Positions 17,776 to 26,881 of a stretch of DNA of 42,372 bases are shown here, piece after piece. Source of the stretch: Gemmatimonadales bacterium (GTDB taxonomy: Bacteria; Gemmatimonadota; Gemmatimonadetes; Gemmatimonadales; GWC2-71-9). Position 1 is the first letter of the stretch; every line of letters starts with the position of its first letter. The stretch is from contig JBFGJG010000034.1 in the NCBI GenBank assembly GCA_041577295.1, positions 1 to 42,372 on the forward strand, read 5' to 3'. The notes under the pieces are model-generated. The model did not search any database, had not been told where the DNA came from, and worked only from the letters and a program-made list of their open reading frames with translations. The position numbers and the translations under genes are program-made.

Positions 17776-19734
17776 TCAGAACAGAGCGCGTACGCCCGCT
17801 GCTATACGGCGCCCCGGGGCGCGAAAGCCAAACACCTCCTGATAGGCCTCGTCGAGCAGGTTGTCCACTCGCCATTGCACTGCAACGGTGGTTCCCGATC
17901 CGGTCCGATACACATCGATATCCGCCGCGATCGCGAGATCCGTGTAGGGATCGAGCGTAATCCGTGTCGCAGGGAACGTGGCGAAGTCGCGGTCAGCGCG
18001 CCCGCCAACATGTTGTACCACGGTCGACAGCGTGGCGCGATCGAAAAGTCGGTAGCTGGCCTCCGCGGTGAACGTAAACGGCGGACGACGCAGGAGGGTG
18101 CTATCACGTACGAACTCGTCGCCTTCGTTCGTATCGAAACCGGGATTGTCCACCTCAGTATCAAGGCCGGTGACGTTGGTTCGGATCATGAGTGTGCGGG
18201 TGGGACGTACGGCGGCCTCGACCTCGACGCCGCGCGCGGTGGCCGCCGGCAGGTTGAAGAAGTTCGGATCCGTTGGGTTGGGTGGGGCGAACGTGTACTG
18301 GATCAGATCGCGGAACCGCTGCTCGAAGAAGGTGGCACCGAGATGCAGACGGTTTTGCCAAAGCTCCTGCTCGACGGCAAGCTCCCAGGTCAACGAGCGC
18401 TCAGGCTCCAGGTTGGGGTTTCCGCGCGCGAAGATGTTCGTCGAGAAGTTCTCAAAGAACGTTGGTTCTTTGAAGGCGCGGCCGACCGAGCCCCGCAACC
18501 TGGTGCCGGTCGTAAGCAGGTAGCTCAACCCTCCCCGGAACGTGAAGAATGTGCCAAACTCTTCGTTCTCGTCGATTCGTGCCCCCGCAGTGATGGCGAG
18601 GCCTCGGATTAGCATGGCGTGAATCTGCCCGTACGCGGCAACGTTGAGGCGCTGAACGTCTAGGGAGCTCGTGGAATTGCCAAACTCGCTCATCGACTCG
18701 TCGAACGAGCGCTCTTTTTGCTCCTCCAAATGCACACCACCGGTGAGCACCGCACCACCCGCGTGCACGTTCATCCTCGCATCGACCCCCCGTCGAGTTT
18801 GATTCTGGACGGACCGAAACCCGAAGAAACCAAGGGTATCTGCCGGGCCGTCTGGTTGATCATCAAATCCGCCGTCGAATTCGTTCATGCTCAACAGCAG
18901 ACGCAGCTCGACGCGATCGCTCAGGAACCTTCCGACGTCGAGTGTGCCTGAGAGCTGCTCGTGCAGGTTGAAGGCATTGCGGTCGACGAGGTTACCGCTG
19001 CCGTCCGTGGGAACGTGAAACTCCGTGTCCGCGTAGCGTACGGATAGAGTGACGTCGGTTCGTTCGTCGGGTTCTGCGTAGAGCGAGCCGCTCCACGTTG
19101 TGTTGTCGTAGTCGTTGTTGAACGCGAGGATTCCGTCGGTTGTGGATCGCGATAAGCCAAAACCGTATCGCACGTTTCGTGTGCCGCCCGACAGACCGAC
19201 GTCGGCGGACACCGATGCGTAGGATCCCGCTCGAACACCGACATCAAAGCGCGGCACTCCGCTCCCACGACGGGTGAAGATCTGGACTACCCCGCTCACC
19301 GCGTCCGACCCATACAGTACACTGGCCGGCCCGCGAACGACCTCGATTCGCTCGACATTATCCAGCGTCAGGTGTGAGATATTGAACGACCCGCCAGGTG
19401 CGTTCACAGGCGCGCCATCGATCAACACTTTCACGTAATCGGACTCACCGCCGCGCATGAACAGCGCCGTTGCACCACCAAAGGACCCCGACTGCACCAC
19501 CTGAATGCCAGGCACGCGTCGCAGCGCATCGGCTACGTAGCGGACGCCCTGCTGGCGCAGCGCCGCTCCCTCGAGCACGGTCACCGATGTCGCAATCGAA
19601 TCGACCGACGTCGGCAGGCGGGCAGCGGTCACGACTACCGGTGAAAGCCGGACGGTATCACGCACCTGTGCCTCGAGGCCGTCCCCGAGCGCTACGGACG
19701 CGATGACGGACGCGAGTACGAAACGTGTGTTCAT
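17776..19734 (-). CDS. btuB: TonB-dependent cobalamin receptor (BtuB-like)
   Basis: Signal peptide, TonB box PVVVTA, plug RGGESDYVKVLIDG / ERIEVVRGPASVLYGSDA, C-terminal Phe. Cobalamin riboswitch directly upstream. Confidence 0.88.
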   Translation of the reverse strand: MNTRFVLASVIASVALGDGLEAQVRDTVRLSPVVVTAARLPTSVDSIATSVTVLEGAALRQQGVRYVADALRRVPGIQVVQSGSFGGATALFMRGGESDYVKVLIDGAPVNAPGGSFNISHLTLDNVERIEVVRGPASVLYGSDAVSGVVQIFTRRGSGVPRFDVGVRAGSYASVSADVGLSGGTRNVRYGFGLSRSTTDGILAFNNDYDNTTWSGSLYAEPDERTDVTLSVRYADTEFHVPTDGSGNLVDRNAFNLHEQLSGTLDVGRFLSDRVELRLLLSMNEFDGGFDDQPDGPADTLGFFGFRSVQNQTRRGVDARMNVHAGGAVLTGGVHLEEQKERSFDESMSEFGNSTSSLDVQRLNVAAYGQIHAMLIRGLAITAGARIDENEEFGTFFTFRGGLSYLLTTGTRLRGSVGRAFKEPTFFENFSTNIFARGNPNLEPERSLTWELAVEQELWQNRLHLGATFFEQRFRDLIQYTFAPPNPTDPNFFNLPAATARGVEVEAAVRPTRTLMIRTNVTGLDTEVDNPGFDTNEGDEFVRDSTLLRRPPFTFTAEASYRLFDRATLSTVVQHVGGRADRDFATFPATRITLDPYTDLAIAADIDVYRTGSGTTVAVQWRVDNLLDEAYQEVFGFRAPGRRIAAGVRALF

Positions 19735-19842
19735 GATGTTGCTCCTGGCAAAAAACAAATCCGCTCATGCTTCCCGGGGGAGAAAGATGAGCGGACACGC
19801 TCCCACCATCCCCCCCGCGGAGGACTCTTCGGTGGAACGAGC

Positions 19843-19990
19843 GGGACGTCTCCTGGCTTCGGGCGCTCGGCCCGGCCTTCCCGGTAACCCAGTGGCCATC
19901 GAGCCGTGCTGCTTGCCCGTCACAGTGGCGGGGCCGCACCGGAATCACACCGGCTTCCGTTACCCTCGCTCGCCGTAACCTTCTGTTGTG
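19843..19990 (-). ncRNA. Cobalamin (AdoCbl) riboswitch
   Basis: Minus strand reads CGGAAGCCGGTGTGATTCCGGTGCGGCCCCGCCACTGTGA...GCCACTGGG..CCGGGAAGGC...AAGCCAGGAGAC, carrying the B12 box and conserved core. Boundaries approximate. Confidence 0.95.
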
Positions 19991-20096
19991 GAGGATAAGC
20001 TAAGCAGGGCCGTCTCGACGCGCTAGCAGGCTCCCTCGCCTGGCTTTTGCGAAGCACGTACGTTTTGCATGAGCATTCTCCACACATTCGCCAGGC

Positions 20097-20783
20097 GTGA
20101 GGAAGCGTTTGCAGTCTCGACCGTCCGCACCAGCCTTCGCCCTCAGGGGAGTTCGGCAGGAAAAGGCTGGCATTCCCATACTCCACGAGATCGATCTCGA
20201 GCTCCCGGCTGGAGAAGTTACCGCGCTCATTGGGCCGTCCGGGGCCGGGAAGAGCGCGTTGCTCAGACTGCTCAACCGCTTGGACGACCCAGTCGCGGGG
20301 GCGATTCACTATCAGGGTCGGCCCATCACAGATATCCCAGTGCGGCTGCTGAGACGACGGATCGGCTTCGTCTTCCAAACGCCCGTCATGTTTCCCGGCA
20401 CCGTGAGAGACAACCTCGAAGTCGCGGCGAGCATCGCCGAGGTCCCGTCGGCGGAGGTTTCCGAGTGCGTAGCCGAGAGCATGGAGCTGGCCGAGCTCGA
20501 GCGAGAGCTTGCCAGCCGGGATGCTGACCGGCTGTCGCTAGGCCAAAAGCAGCGGGCCAACATCGCCCGCGCGCTCATGACCCGCCCTGAGACGCTGCTC
20601 ATGGATGAGCCCACGGCGTCGCTCGATCCAGAGACCGCGGAGACACTGGGTCATACTATCGCGCGTCTCAGTGCAGAGCGCGGACTTACAGTCATACTCG
20701 CAACCCACCGACTGGCGGAAGCCAGAGCCATCTGCACCAACTTCGTGAAGCTCGAACAGGGGCGGGTGGTAGATGGTCGCTAG
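20097..20783 (+). CDS. ABC transporter ATP-binding protein (FetA/YbbL, STAR1-like)
   Basis: GPSGAGKS, VFQTP, LSLGQ signature, LLMDEPT, ATH. Start approximate. Confidence 0.9.
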   Translation: MRKRLQSRPSAPAFALRGVRQEKAGIPILHEIDLELPAGEVTALIGPSGAGKSALLRLLNRLDDPVAGAIHYQGRPITDIPVRLLRRRIGFVFQTPVMFPGTVRDNLEVAASIAEVPSAEVSECVAESMELAELERELASRDADRLSLGQKQRANIARALMTRPETLLMDEPTASLDPETAETLGHTIARLSAERGLTVILATHRLAEARAICTNFVKLEQGRVVDGR

Positions 20784-21585
20784 GGCGCTATTGCAGGTCG
20801 CCGACGTCTCGAGCGAGCCCATCATCGAGCTCTCGTGGCTCGATCTCACCCTCGCGGCGGGCTTGATCTTCATTGCGTTTGGGCTGTCGCGCTGGCAGGG
20901 CGTGGGGCTTGGTCGCGACGTCTTGATTGGAGCGGTACGCGCGGTCGTGCAGCTGGTGCTAGTCGGATATGTGCTGGTCTACATCTTCGGCCTGGACCGC
21001 TGGTATCTCGTCGTCTCGGCCCTTCTCCTCATGCTGGCCGTGGCGACGAAGACCGCTGTCGATCGGCAGGACAACCCCAACCGAGCGCTCCTCGGAATCG
21101 TGGGTGTTGCCATGCTCATAGGATCCGGCTTGACGCTGGTCTACGTCGGTGCAGCCGTCGTACGTATGGAGCCGTGGTACAACCCGCGGTACCTGATCCC
21201 GCTCTTCGGGATGATCGTGGGTAACTCGATGAACGCGGCCGCTCTCGCTGCCGAGCGTCTCGCGGGAGAGGTCGCGGCACGCCGTGCGGAGATTGAAGCG
21301 TATCTCGCCCTCGGCGCCCATCCCGTGCGCGCGACGCGCGATGCGGTGAGGCGCGCCATTCGCGCCTCGATGATCCCGATGCTCAATAGTCTGATGGTGG
21401 TGGGGATCGTGGCGCTTCCGGGAATGATGACCGGCCAGATCATCGCGGGCGCATCACCGATTACAGCCGTGCGGTATCAGATCGTCGTGATGTTCATGCT
21501 CATGGGTGCCGTAGCTGTTACCGGGACAGCGGTTACGCTCTGGTACCGGAAGACGTTCTTTACGGCGGCGGAGCAGTTGCGGTAG
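20773..21585 (+). CDS. fetB: FetB/YbbM (UPF0014) ABC permease
   Basis: RAVVQLVLVGYVL, PWYNPRYLIPLFGMIVGNSMN, IEAYLALGA, VGIVALPGMMTGQIIAG, AVRYQIVVM. Confidence 0.9.
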   Translation: MVARALLQVADVSSEPIIELSWLDLTLAAGLIFIAFGLSRWQGVGLGRDVLIGAVRAVVQLVLVGYVLVYIFGLDRWYLVVSALLLMLAVATKTAVDRQDNPNRALLGIVGVAMLIGSGLTLVYVGAAVVRMEPWYNPRYLIPLFGMIVGNSMNAAALAAERLAGEVAARRAEIEAYLALGAHPVRATRDAVRRAIRASMIPMLNSLMVVGIVALPGMMTGQIIAGASPITAVRYQIVVMFMLMGAVAVTGTAVTLWYRKTFFTAAEQLR

Positions 21586-21713
21586 GCCGTATTGCTATCC
21601 GGCGTCCCGCGCATCCGATCCGCCGGCGCGACCCCAAAAGCCAGCCGTTGCCAACCCTGCAACCCTTGAGGTTGGTGGCGTGTCTTATGAGTGTCTCCCT
21701 CCCGAGTGCTTGC

Positions 21714-23159
21714 ATGACAACTGCTCGGTTCTCGCTGATCGTCATCGGCCTGCTCGCCTACATCCCTCGTCCGCTCTGTGCCCAGTTCGCCGGCCCATCA
21801 CGTGCCGCAGAGTTGATGGCTGGGTATTGGACCCAGGATCTCCCGCCCCTTCTGGAGATGGTCTTGGACACCATCGTGCCTGCGCTGATGGCGGAGTTCT
21901 CCACACCGGGCGTCGCGATTGCGCTTCTCGAGGATCGTGAGCTCTCCTGGCAGAGAACTTTCGGCAACGCGAACCTCGCGACACGATCACCGCTCACCGA
22001 CACCACGTTGTTTAACGTCGCCTCCATCTCCAAGGTCGTTACCGCGCTCGGCGTAATGAAACTCGTAGAGCAAGGACGGGTTGAGCTCGATGCGTCTGTG
22101 GATCGATATCTCACGAGATGGAAGCTGCCACCCTCGAGCTATGATCGAGACGGCGTTACGGTACGTCGGATCCTGAGCCACACCGCTGGCCTGAGCGCGG
22201 GCGGGGGATCGCATTTTGAGCCTGACGAGAAGCTTCCCACGCTCGAGGAGGCGCTTGCCGGCACCGCGCCGCGCCGCGAACCCGTCACCATCGTGCGCGA
22301 GCCCGGATCGGGATTTGCGTATTCAAACGGTGGATACGGCGTCCTGCAATTGATGATCGAGGAGATCACTGGCACGTCGTTTCCCGAATACATGCGTCGC
22401 GAGATCCTGACCCCGCTCGGCATGACGCAGAGCGCGTTCGCTGATCCTCTGCAGTCGGAAATTGCACCGCATATGGCGGCACCGCACGATTGGCGAGACC
22501 AGCCCATGGCGCCGGGACGATTCGCCAATCTCGCTGCCGGTGGATTGCTCTCGACGCTGCGCGACCTGGTGCGTCTGGCCGAATGGGAGCTACGGCTCGT
22601 GGACTCATCCACGATTCCCGGCCCCGTGTCGTCACAGACGCTCGGGTCGATGCACGTCCCCCAGGAGAATGCGGGGCCGTTTGGGCTAGGACACATCGTA
22701 CGCCGGTCGGGTACAGTTACCGTGGTCGGCCACACCGGACTCGAAACCGGGTGGAACGCGAGTTGGCAAATCGCACCGCGACAGGGTGACGCGATTGTCG
22801 TGCTCACCAATGGTGACAACGGGTACTACATCCATCATGTGTTGGTTTACTTGTGGTCACGTGTGAAGCTCAACGCGCCGCTCGTGAGTGACGGATACGT
22901 ACCGGTGCAGAAGCGACTCAACCGCACCGCCGGTGTGATCCAACAGCAGATCGAGAGCGGGGAAGGGAACCGCCATGCGCTCACGCCAATCGTCGCGCGG
23001 ATTGAGGCCGCTGAACACGCACTTACAGGTCGGGGCCCTCACGCCGTCCTTGCCGACATGGTAGAGCTCATGCAGTCACTCGAACACACGCCTGACGGGG
23101 ACGCGCTACGCATTTATCTCGAGGGAGTCGTGAGCTGGCTGGAAGTGCTCGTGCAGTGA
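21714..23159 (+). CDS. Exported serine hydrolase, beta-lactamase/AmpC-like family, with helical C-terminal extension
   Basis: FNVASISK (SxxK), ILSHTAG, FAYSNGGY (YxN), GHTG; signal peptide. Confidence 0.9.
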   Translation: MTTARFSLIVIGLLAYIPRPLCAQFAGPSRAAELMAGYWTQDLPPLLEMVLDTIVPALMAEFSTPGVAIALLEDRELSWQRTFGNANLATRSPLTDTTLFNVASISKVVTALGVMKLVEQGRVELDASVDRYLTRWKLPPSSYDRDGVTVRRILSHTAGLSAGGGSHFEPDEKLPTLEEALAGTAPRREPVTIVREPGSGFAYSNGGYGVLQLMIEEITGTSFPEYMRREILTPLGMTQSAFADPLQSEIAPHMAAPHDWRDQPMAPGRFANLAAGGLLSTLRDLVRLAEWELRLVDSSTIPGPVSSQTLGSMHVPQENAGPFGLGHIVRRSGTVTVVGHTGLETGWNASWQIAPRQGDAIVVLTNGDNGYYIHHVLVYLWSRVKLNAPLVSDGYVPVQKRLNRTAGVIQQQIESGEGNRHALTPIVARIEAAEHALTGRGPHAVLADMVELMQSLEHTPDGDALRIYLEGVVSWLEVLVQ

Positions 23160-23385
23160 CGGTGTCAGAAGAACCGAAGGTCAGGAGCGCGCACCGCGCC
23201 TGGTCGGTCGCCGGTGTTCATTGATGTCCGGTCGATTGGGAATCCCATGAATGCTCGGAAGGGGTGCCACCGGTAATGTGGCCGGCTGCTGGGGCGCCGT
23301 GGAAACAGCGCCCCAGGAAACGGGCAGTCCGTCTAGAAGGTAGGCGGTACCAGCGGACGTGGTATTCCTAAACGTGTCGGTAACT

Positions 23386-24414
23386 TCATAGCGAATCCTC
23401 CCGCCGTCTCCTACCGCGCGAGCGTACGGTGGAGATGAAGCCGTCGAGCCGTTTGGCCTGGACTTCGGCACCCAGGGAGCGGAAATGTCCCCGAGCCACG
23501 CACGCGATTTCGAGAGCAGCCTTCCGCTCTCCTAACTGGTCGAGCACAGGTGCGAGATCGCGTCCGGCTTGGGCCATGAGCAGAGGGCGGCCGTACTCTT
23601 CGGCGCGACGGAGCACGCCGCGAAGGATCTGCGCAGCCTCCTCCAGCCGCTGGGAAGCCTCCTCGACCTTACCGAGGACCCGAAGATCTTCTGCCTGACC
23701 CACCACGTCGCCCAACTCCTCACGGATACCGAGCGCCCGTTCAACTTCACGGCGGGCAACTTCGACCTCCCCGCAGGCGAGCAGCACTTCCGCGCGTCCG
23801 CCGCGCGCCAAAGCTTCCAGCGTAAGGTCGCCGGACGCTTGCGCTTCTTCGATCGCGCGGTCTGCAGCCTGCAACGCGCTCTCGAGGTCGCCCTGCTCTC
23901 GATAAGTGAACGCGAGGTTGTGCTGGATCTCGCCGATTCCCTGGTGTAGTCCAGCGCGTTGAAAGGATGCGAGAGCCATCGTGTAGGCACCAATCGCCCG
24001 ACCGTAGTCACCCCGTAGGGCCGCAATGGTCCCGAGATTGTTGGAGCATCGACCCACCGTCGAGTGGTCACCCTCGAGCTTGGCCTTCGCCAAGGCCTCG
24101 TTGATGAAGCCGACGGCGTCGTCGACGCATCCTGCTTCAATCTCCAGCGCACCGCGTACGTTGAGCGCCCGAGCCTCTATCGTTCGGTCACCCCGCTGTC
24201 GCGACCGGGTGAGCGCTACCTCAACCCAGTGCCGTCCCTCACCGCGATGACCGCGGCGTCCGTAGGCGATACCGTACACCAACGCTAGCGTCGGTGACCG
24301 CTCGACCTCGCTGACCCGCCTGGTACCGAGAAGCTCGATGACCTCACCGTGGCGGCCGGTGTCGGACAGGTTGCGTGCCTGATTCAGAATGGCAAGCGAG
24401 TGTTCGATGTTCAT
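23386..24414 (-). CDS. Stand-alone tetratricopeptide repeat protein
   Basis: About 7-8 long TPRs (ARALNVRGAL, RCSNNLGTIAALRGDYGRAIGAY, IQHNLAFTYREQGDLESAL, EDLRVLG). No signal peptide or HTH. Starts 6 bp after the lipoprotein gene. Confidence 0.9.
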   Translation of the reverse strand: MNIEHSLAILNQARNLSDTGRHGEVIELLGTRRVSEVERSPTLALVYGIAYGRRGHRGEGRHWVEVALTRSRQRGDRTIEARALNVRGALEIEAGCVDDAVGFINEALAKAKLEGDHSTVGRCSNNLGTIAALRGDYGRAIGAYTMALASFQRAGLHQGIGEIQHNLAFTYREQGDLESALQAADRAIEEAQASGDLTLEALARGGRAEVLLACGEVEVARREVERALGIREELGDVVGQAEDLRVLGKVEEASQRLEEAAQILRGVLRRAEEYGRPLLMAQAGRDLAPVLDQLGERKAALEIACVARGHFRSLGAEVQAKRLDGFISTVRSRGRRRREDSL

Positions 24415-24420
24415 GGCGCG

Positions 24421-25086
24421 CTACCAGGAAATGGCGTAGGTAGAAAAGTGCAACAAGGGGGTGTCGAACCACTTCCCGACGAAGGACTGAGTCGCCTCGA
24501 TCTCGTCCCAGTTGGTGCTCCCATCCCCTTGATACCAGACCCCAAGGAGGGCGGCGTCGATATAGACGTCGTCCTGATCGACGTCGCCGTCACTATCGAG
24601 GTCGCCTTGGGCACCGGTGTACCAGATGCTCAGCAGTGCCGGATCGCTGCTCGAAAAGGTCAGCCCGCTCGGCTGAAACTCGACCAGCAGGAGATCTTCG
24701 TCCACGGTTGCCGTGATCAGGACCGAGTCGCCGTCGGCGAACGGTGTTCCGTCGGGTCGGCTCGCGAGGGCGCCGGGCGGAACAGTGAGCTTCAAGAATG
24801 GCTCGACCGTGTCGCCGGCGATGCCCGATGCCGGAAACTCGATGTCGAGAGTCCGCGTCTGGCCACGCACCGCCCAGAAGCTGTACACCTCGGTATCAGA
24901 CGCCGCGTTCATCGATCCGTTCGGTCCAGCCTGCGGTCCTTCCCGAGCGATTTTCGCAGCCCGTGGCCCGGCCATAGGGGCCCAGCGCAGATGATGGGGT
25001 GCCGAAATCGGCGCTGGGGCCGTGCTGTCCGCGCACGCCGCCACCGCCATCACCCCGGCCACGAAGAACGCCAACCGTCTTGCCAT
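24421..25086 (-). CDS. Lipoprotein with ZU5-like domain and C-terminal HFS motif
   Basis: SD GGAGG; lipobox VAAC. LTVPPGAL, VEFQPSGLTF..PALLSIWY, DLDSDGDVDQDD loop; ends HFSTYAISW. Confidence 0.85.
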   Translation of the reverse strand: MARRLAFFVAGVMAVAACADSTAPAPISAPHHLRWAPMAGPRAAKIAREGPQAGPNGSMNAASDTEVYSFWAVRGQTRTLDIEFPASGIAGDTVEPFLKLTVPPGALASRPDGTPFADGDSVLITATVDEDLLLVEFQPSGLTFSSSDPALLSIWYTGAQGDLDSDGDVDQDDVYIDAALLGVWYQGDGSTNWDEIEATQSFVGKWFDTPLLHFSTYAISW

Positions 25087-25172
25087 GAGATCCTCCGCCT
25101 AAGGATTCGATCCGGCCGGGGCAGCGTGTCGTGCCGCGCCCGGCGCATTTGGTCACTACGCGTCCGGAGAGG

Positions 25173-25188
25173 TGCAGGGCCTGTGCCG
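25173..25188 (-). promoter_or_regulatory. Sigma54 -24/-12 promoter of the lipoprotein-TPR operon
   Basis: Minus strand CGGCACAGGCCCTGCA has GG-N10-GC spacing. IHF-like element at 25203-25227 just upstream. Confidence 0.7.
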
Positions 25189-25386
25189 GGCCTCATATTC
25201 TGCAACTCTTTGTCATACAATTGCTTGGTGATATCACGTCCCAATGGGGTTGGTACGATTTCATCCAGTCTTGGTGTCGTTCATACCAGATCGAGCGATG
25301 GCAAATAGATACAGAAGAGACGGGCCGACTTGGTGGGACGTGAGGAGTGGTTGATCCCGGAGCAGGGGTGGGAGCGACGACCCAGG

Positions 25387-26721
25387 TTAGGCTGACAAGC
25401 GCTCTGTGTCTAGCAACTTTCGCAGGCGTTGCCGTGAGATTTCGAGTCGGCGGGCCGCCTCGCTCCGATTCCCGCCGCAGTAGTCCAGCGTGGCACGGGC
25501 CGCCGCTGCGGAGATCTCGCGCATTGGCGCCGGGAAGGGAATTGGACCCCTGCCGTTGGATTCCTCATCATCTGGTGGGAGCAGCTCGTCCAGCTCTAGC
25601 TTTCCTGGAGCAGCCAGCAGGAGAGCTCGCTCGACGGCGTTCTTGAGCTCGCGGACATTACCGGGCCACGCATAGGCTTTGAGTGCGCGCCGCGCTGCTG
25701 GATGGAGACGCGGGGCCCGAAGGCCGTGATGGTTGGCGAGCCGATCGATGAGGCTCTCCGCAATCAGAATCACGTCGTCATCACGCGCGCGCAGCGGGGG
25801 GAGCGACAGCGTGACGGCACTCAAACGGAAGTAGAGGTCCTCGCGAAAGAGCCCCGCCTGCGCGTCACGCCGGAGGTTTTGGTTGGTCGCAGCGATGATG
25901 CGCAGGTCGACCTTGTGGGATGTCGTTCCCCCCACGCGTCGCACCACTTTCGTCTCGAGCGCGCGGAGCAGCTTGGCCTGGAGATTCAATGGTAGGGTGC
26001 CGATCTCGTCGAGAAACAGCGTTCCGCCGTCGGCAATCTCGAACAATCCGGGCTTTGCTGCTTGCGCATCCGTAAAGGCACCGCGTTCGTGACCAAACAG
26101 CTCCGATTCCACCAGGTGCTCCGGCAGCGCGGAGCAGTTGACCGTAACGAACGGCTCCGATCGGCGTGGTCCGCCATGGTGGATGCCCTGGGCCAACAGC
26201 TCTTTCCCAGTGCCGGTCTCGCCGATGATCAACGCATTGGCGTGACGGTGGGGAAGGAGTCGCGCGGCCCTTGCCAGTACGGACTTGAGCGCGGGGCTTT
26301 CGCCGATGATCTCGGCAAAGGCTTCGGGACGCGCTTCGTTGATGGCGCGCGCATCGCGCCGCAAGGACTCTCGGCGACGCGAAACCGCCGACCCAAGGGA
26401 ATTGCGGAGGAGTTCGACGTCTTCGGGAAGCGCGAGATAGTCGCTCGCGCCGGCGCGGACCAACTGGAGACCAATCCGACGGTCCTCGTCCGCACCAACC
26501 ACGAAAACTGGTGTGGCAATCGCGGCGGCATGCCGCTCCAGCCACGCGAGCGCCTCGAGCTCGGTGCCGCCGGCGGCGATCACAACAGCCACCACGTCGG
26601 AAGGCACGCGGTACGGGGCGTCTTCCGCACCCACAACCCCAATGCCGCACTCGACATCCTCCGCCAGCTGGACCCAGAGGCTGTGAAACGACTCTGATAG
26701 CTGGACGACCAGGATCTTCAT
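25387..26721 (-). CDS. Sigma54-dependent enhancer-binding protein with degenerate receiver domain
   Basis: GETGTGKE, ESELFGHERGAFTDA, LFLDEIG, FREDLYFRL, WPGNVRELKN, Fis-type HTH GNRSEAARRLEISRQRL. N-terminal receiver-like region lacks the conserved Asp and Lys residues. Confidence 0.93.
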   Translation of the reverse strand: MKILVVQLSESFHSLWVQLAEDVECGIGVVGAEDAPYRVPSDVVAVVIAAGGTELEALAWLERHAAAIATPVFVVGADEDRRIGLQLVRAGASDYLALPEDVELLRNSLGSAVSRRRESLRRDARAINEARPEAFAEIIGESPALKSVLARAARLLPHRHANALIIGETGTGKELLAQGIHHGGPRRSEPFVTVNCSALPEHLVESELFGHERGAFTDAQAAKPGLFEIADGGTLFLDEIGTLPLNLQAKLLRALETKVVRRVGGTTSHKVDLRIIAATNQNLRRDAQAGLFREDLYFRLSAVTLSLPPLRARDDDVILIAESLIDRLANHHGLRAPRLHPAARRALKAYAWPGNVRELKNAVERALLLAAPGKLELDELLPPDDEESNGRGPIPFPAPMREISAAAARATLDYCGGNRSEAARRLEISRQRLRKLLDTERLSA

Positions 26722-26815
26722 CGGACGTTCATCCTCCCTGTCGCGTGCTAGGGCGCGATCATGAACCTCCGGCGGAACCCGTTGACGGCCCGCTGGTCGA
26801 CTTTGTACCGGGGAG

Positions 26816-26881
26816 GCAGGAAGCATACCGCGAGGTAGTTCCGAGGTACGATAACGTAAGCCGTTGTACTGTAGATGATTA
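26816..26881 (-). promoter_or_regulatory. Candidate sigma54 promoter plus IHF-like element upstream of the activator gene
   Basis: Minus strand CGGTATGCTTCCTGC (GG-N10-GC, 26830-26816). TAAGCCGTTGTACTGTAGATGATTA at 26857-26881. Confidence 0.5.

Noticed and set aside
23181..23471. 96-aa ORF as a fourth gene of the lipoprotein-TPR operon
   Set aside because: Overlaps the TPR gene by 86 bp, has a low-complexity Pro/Arg-rich product and no convincing start.
25121..25136. Second sigma54-like motif CGGCACGACACGCTGC on the minus strand
   Set aside because: GG to GC spacing is 11, not the required 10. The site at 25173-25188 fits properly.
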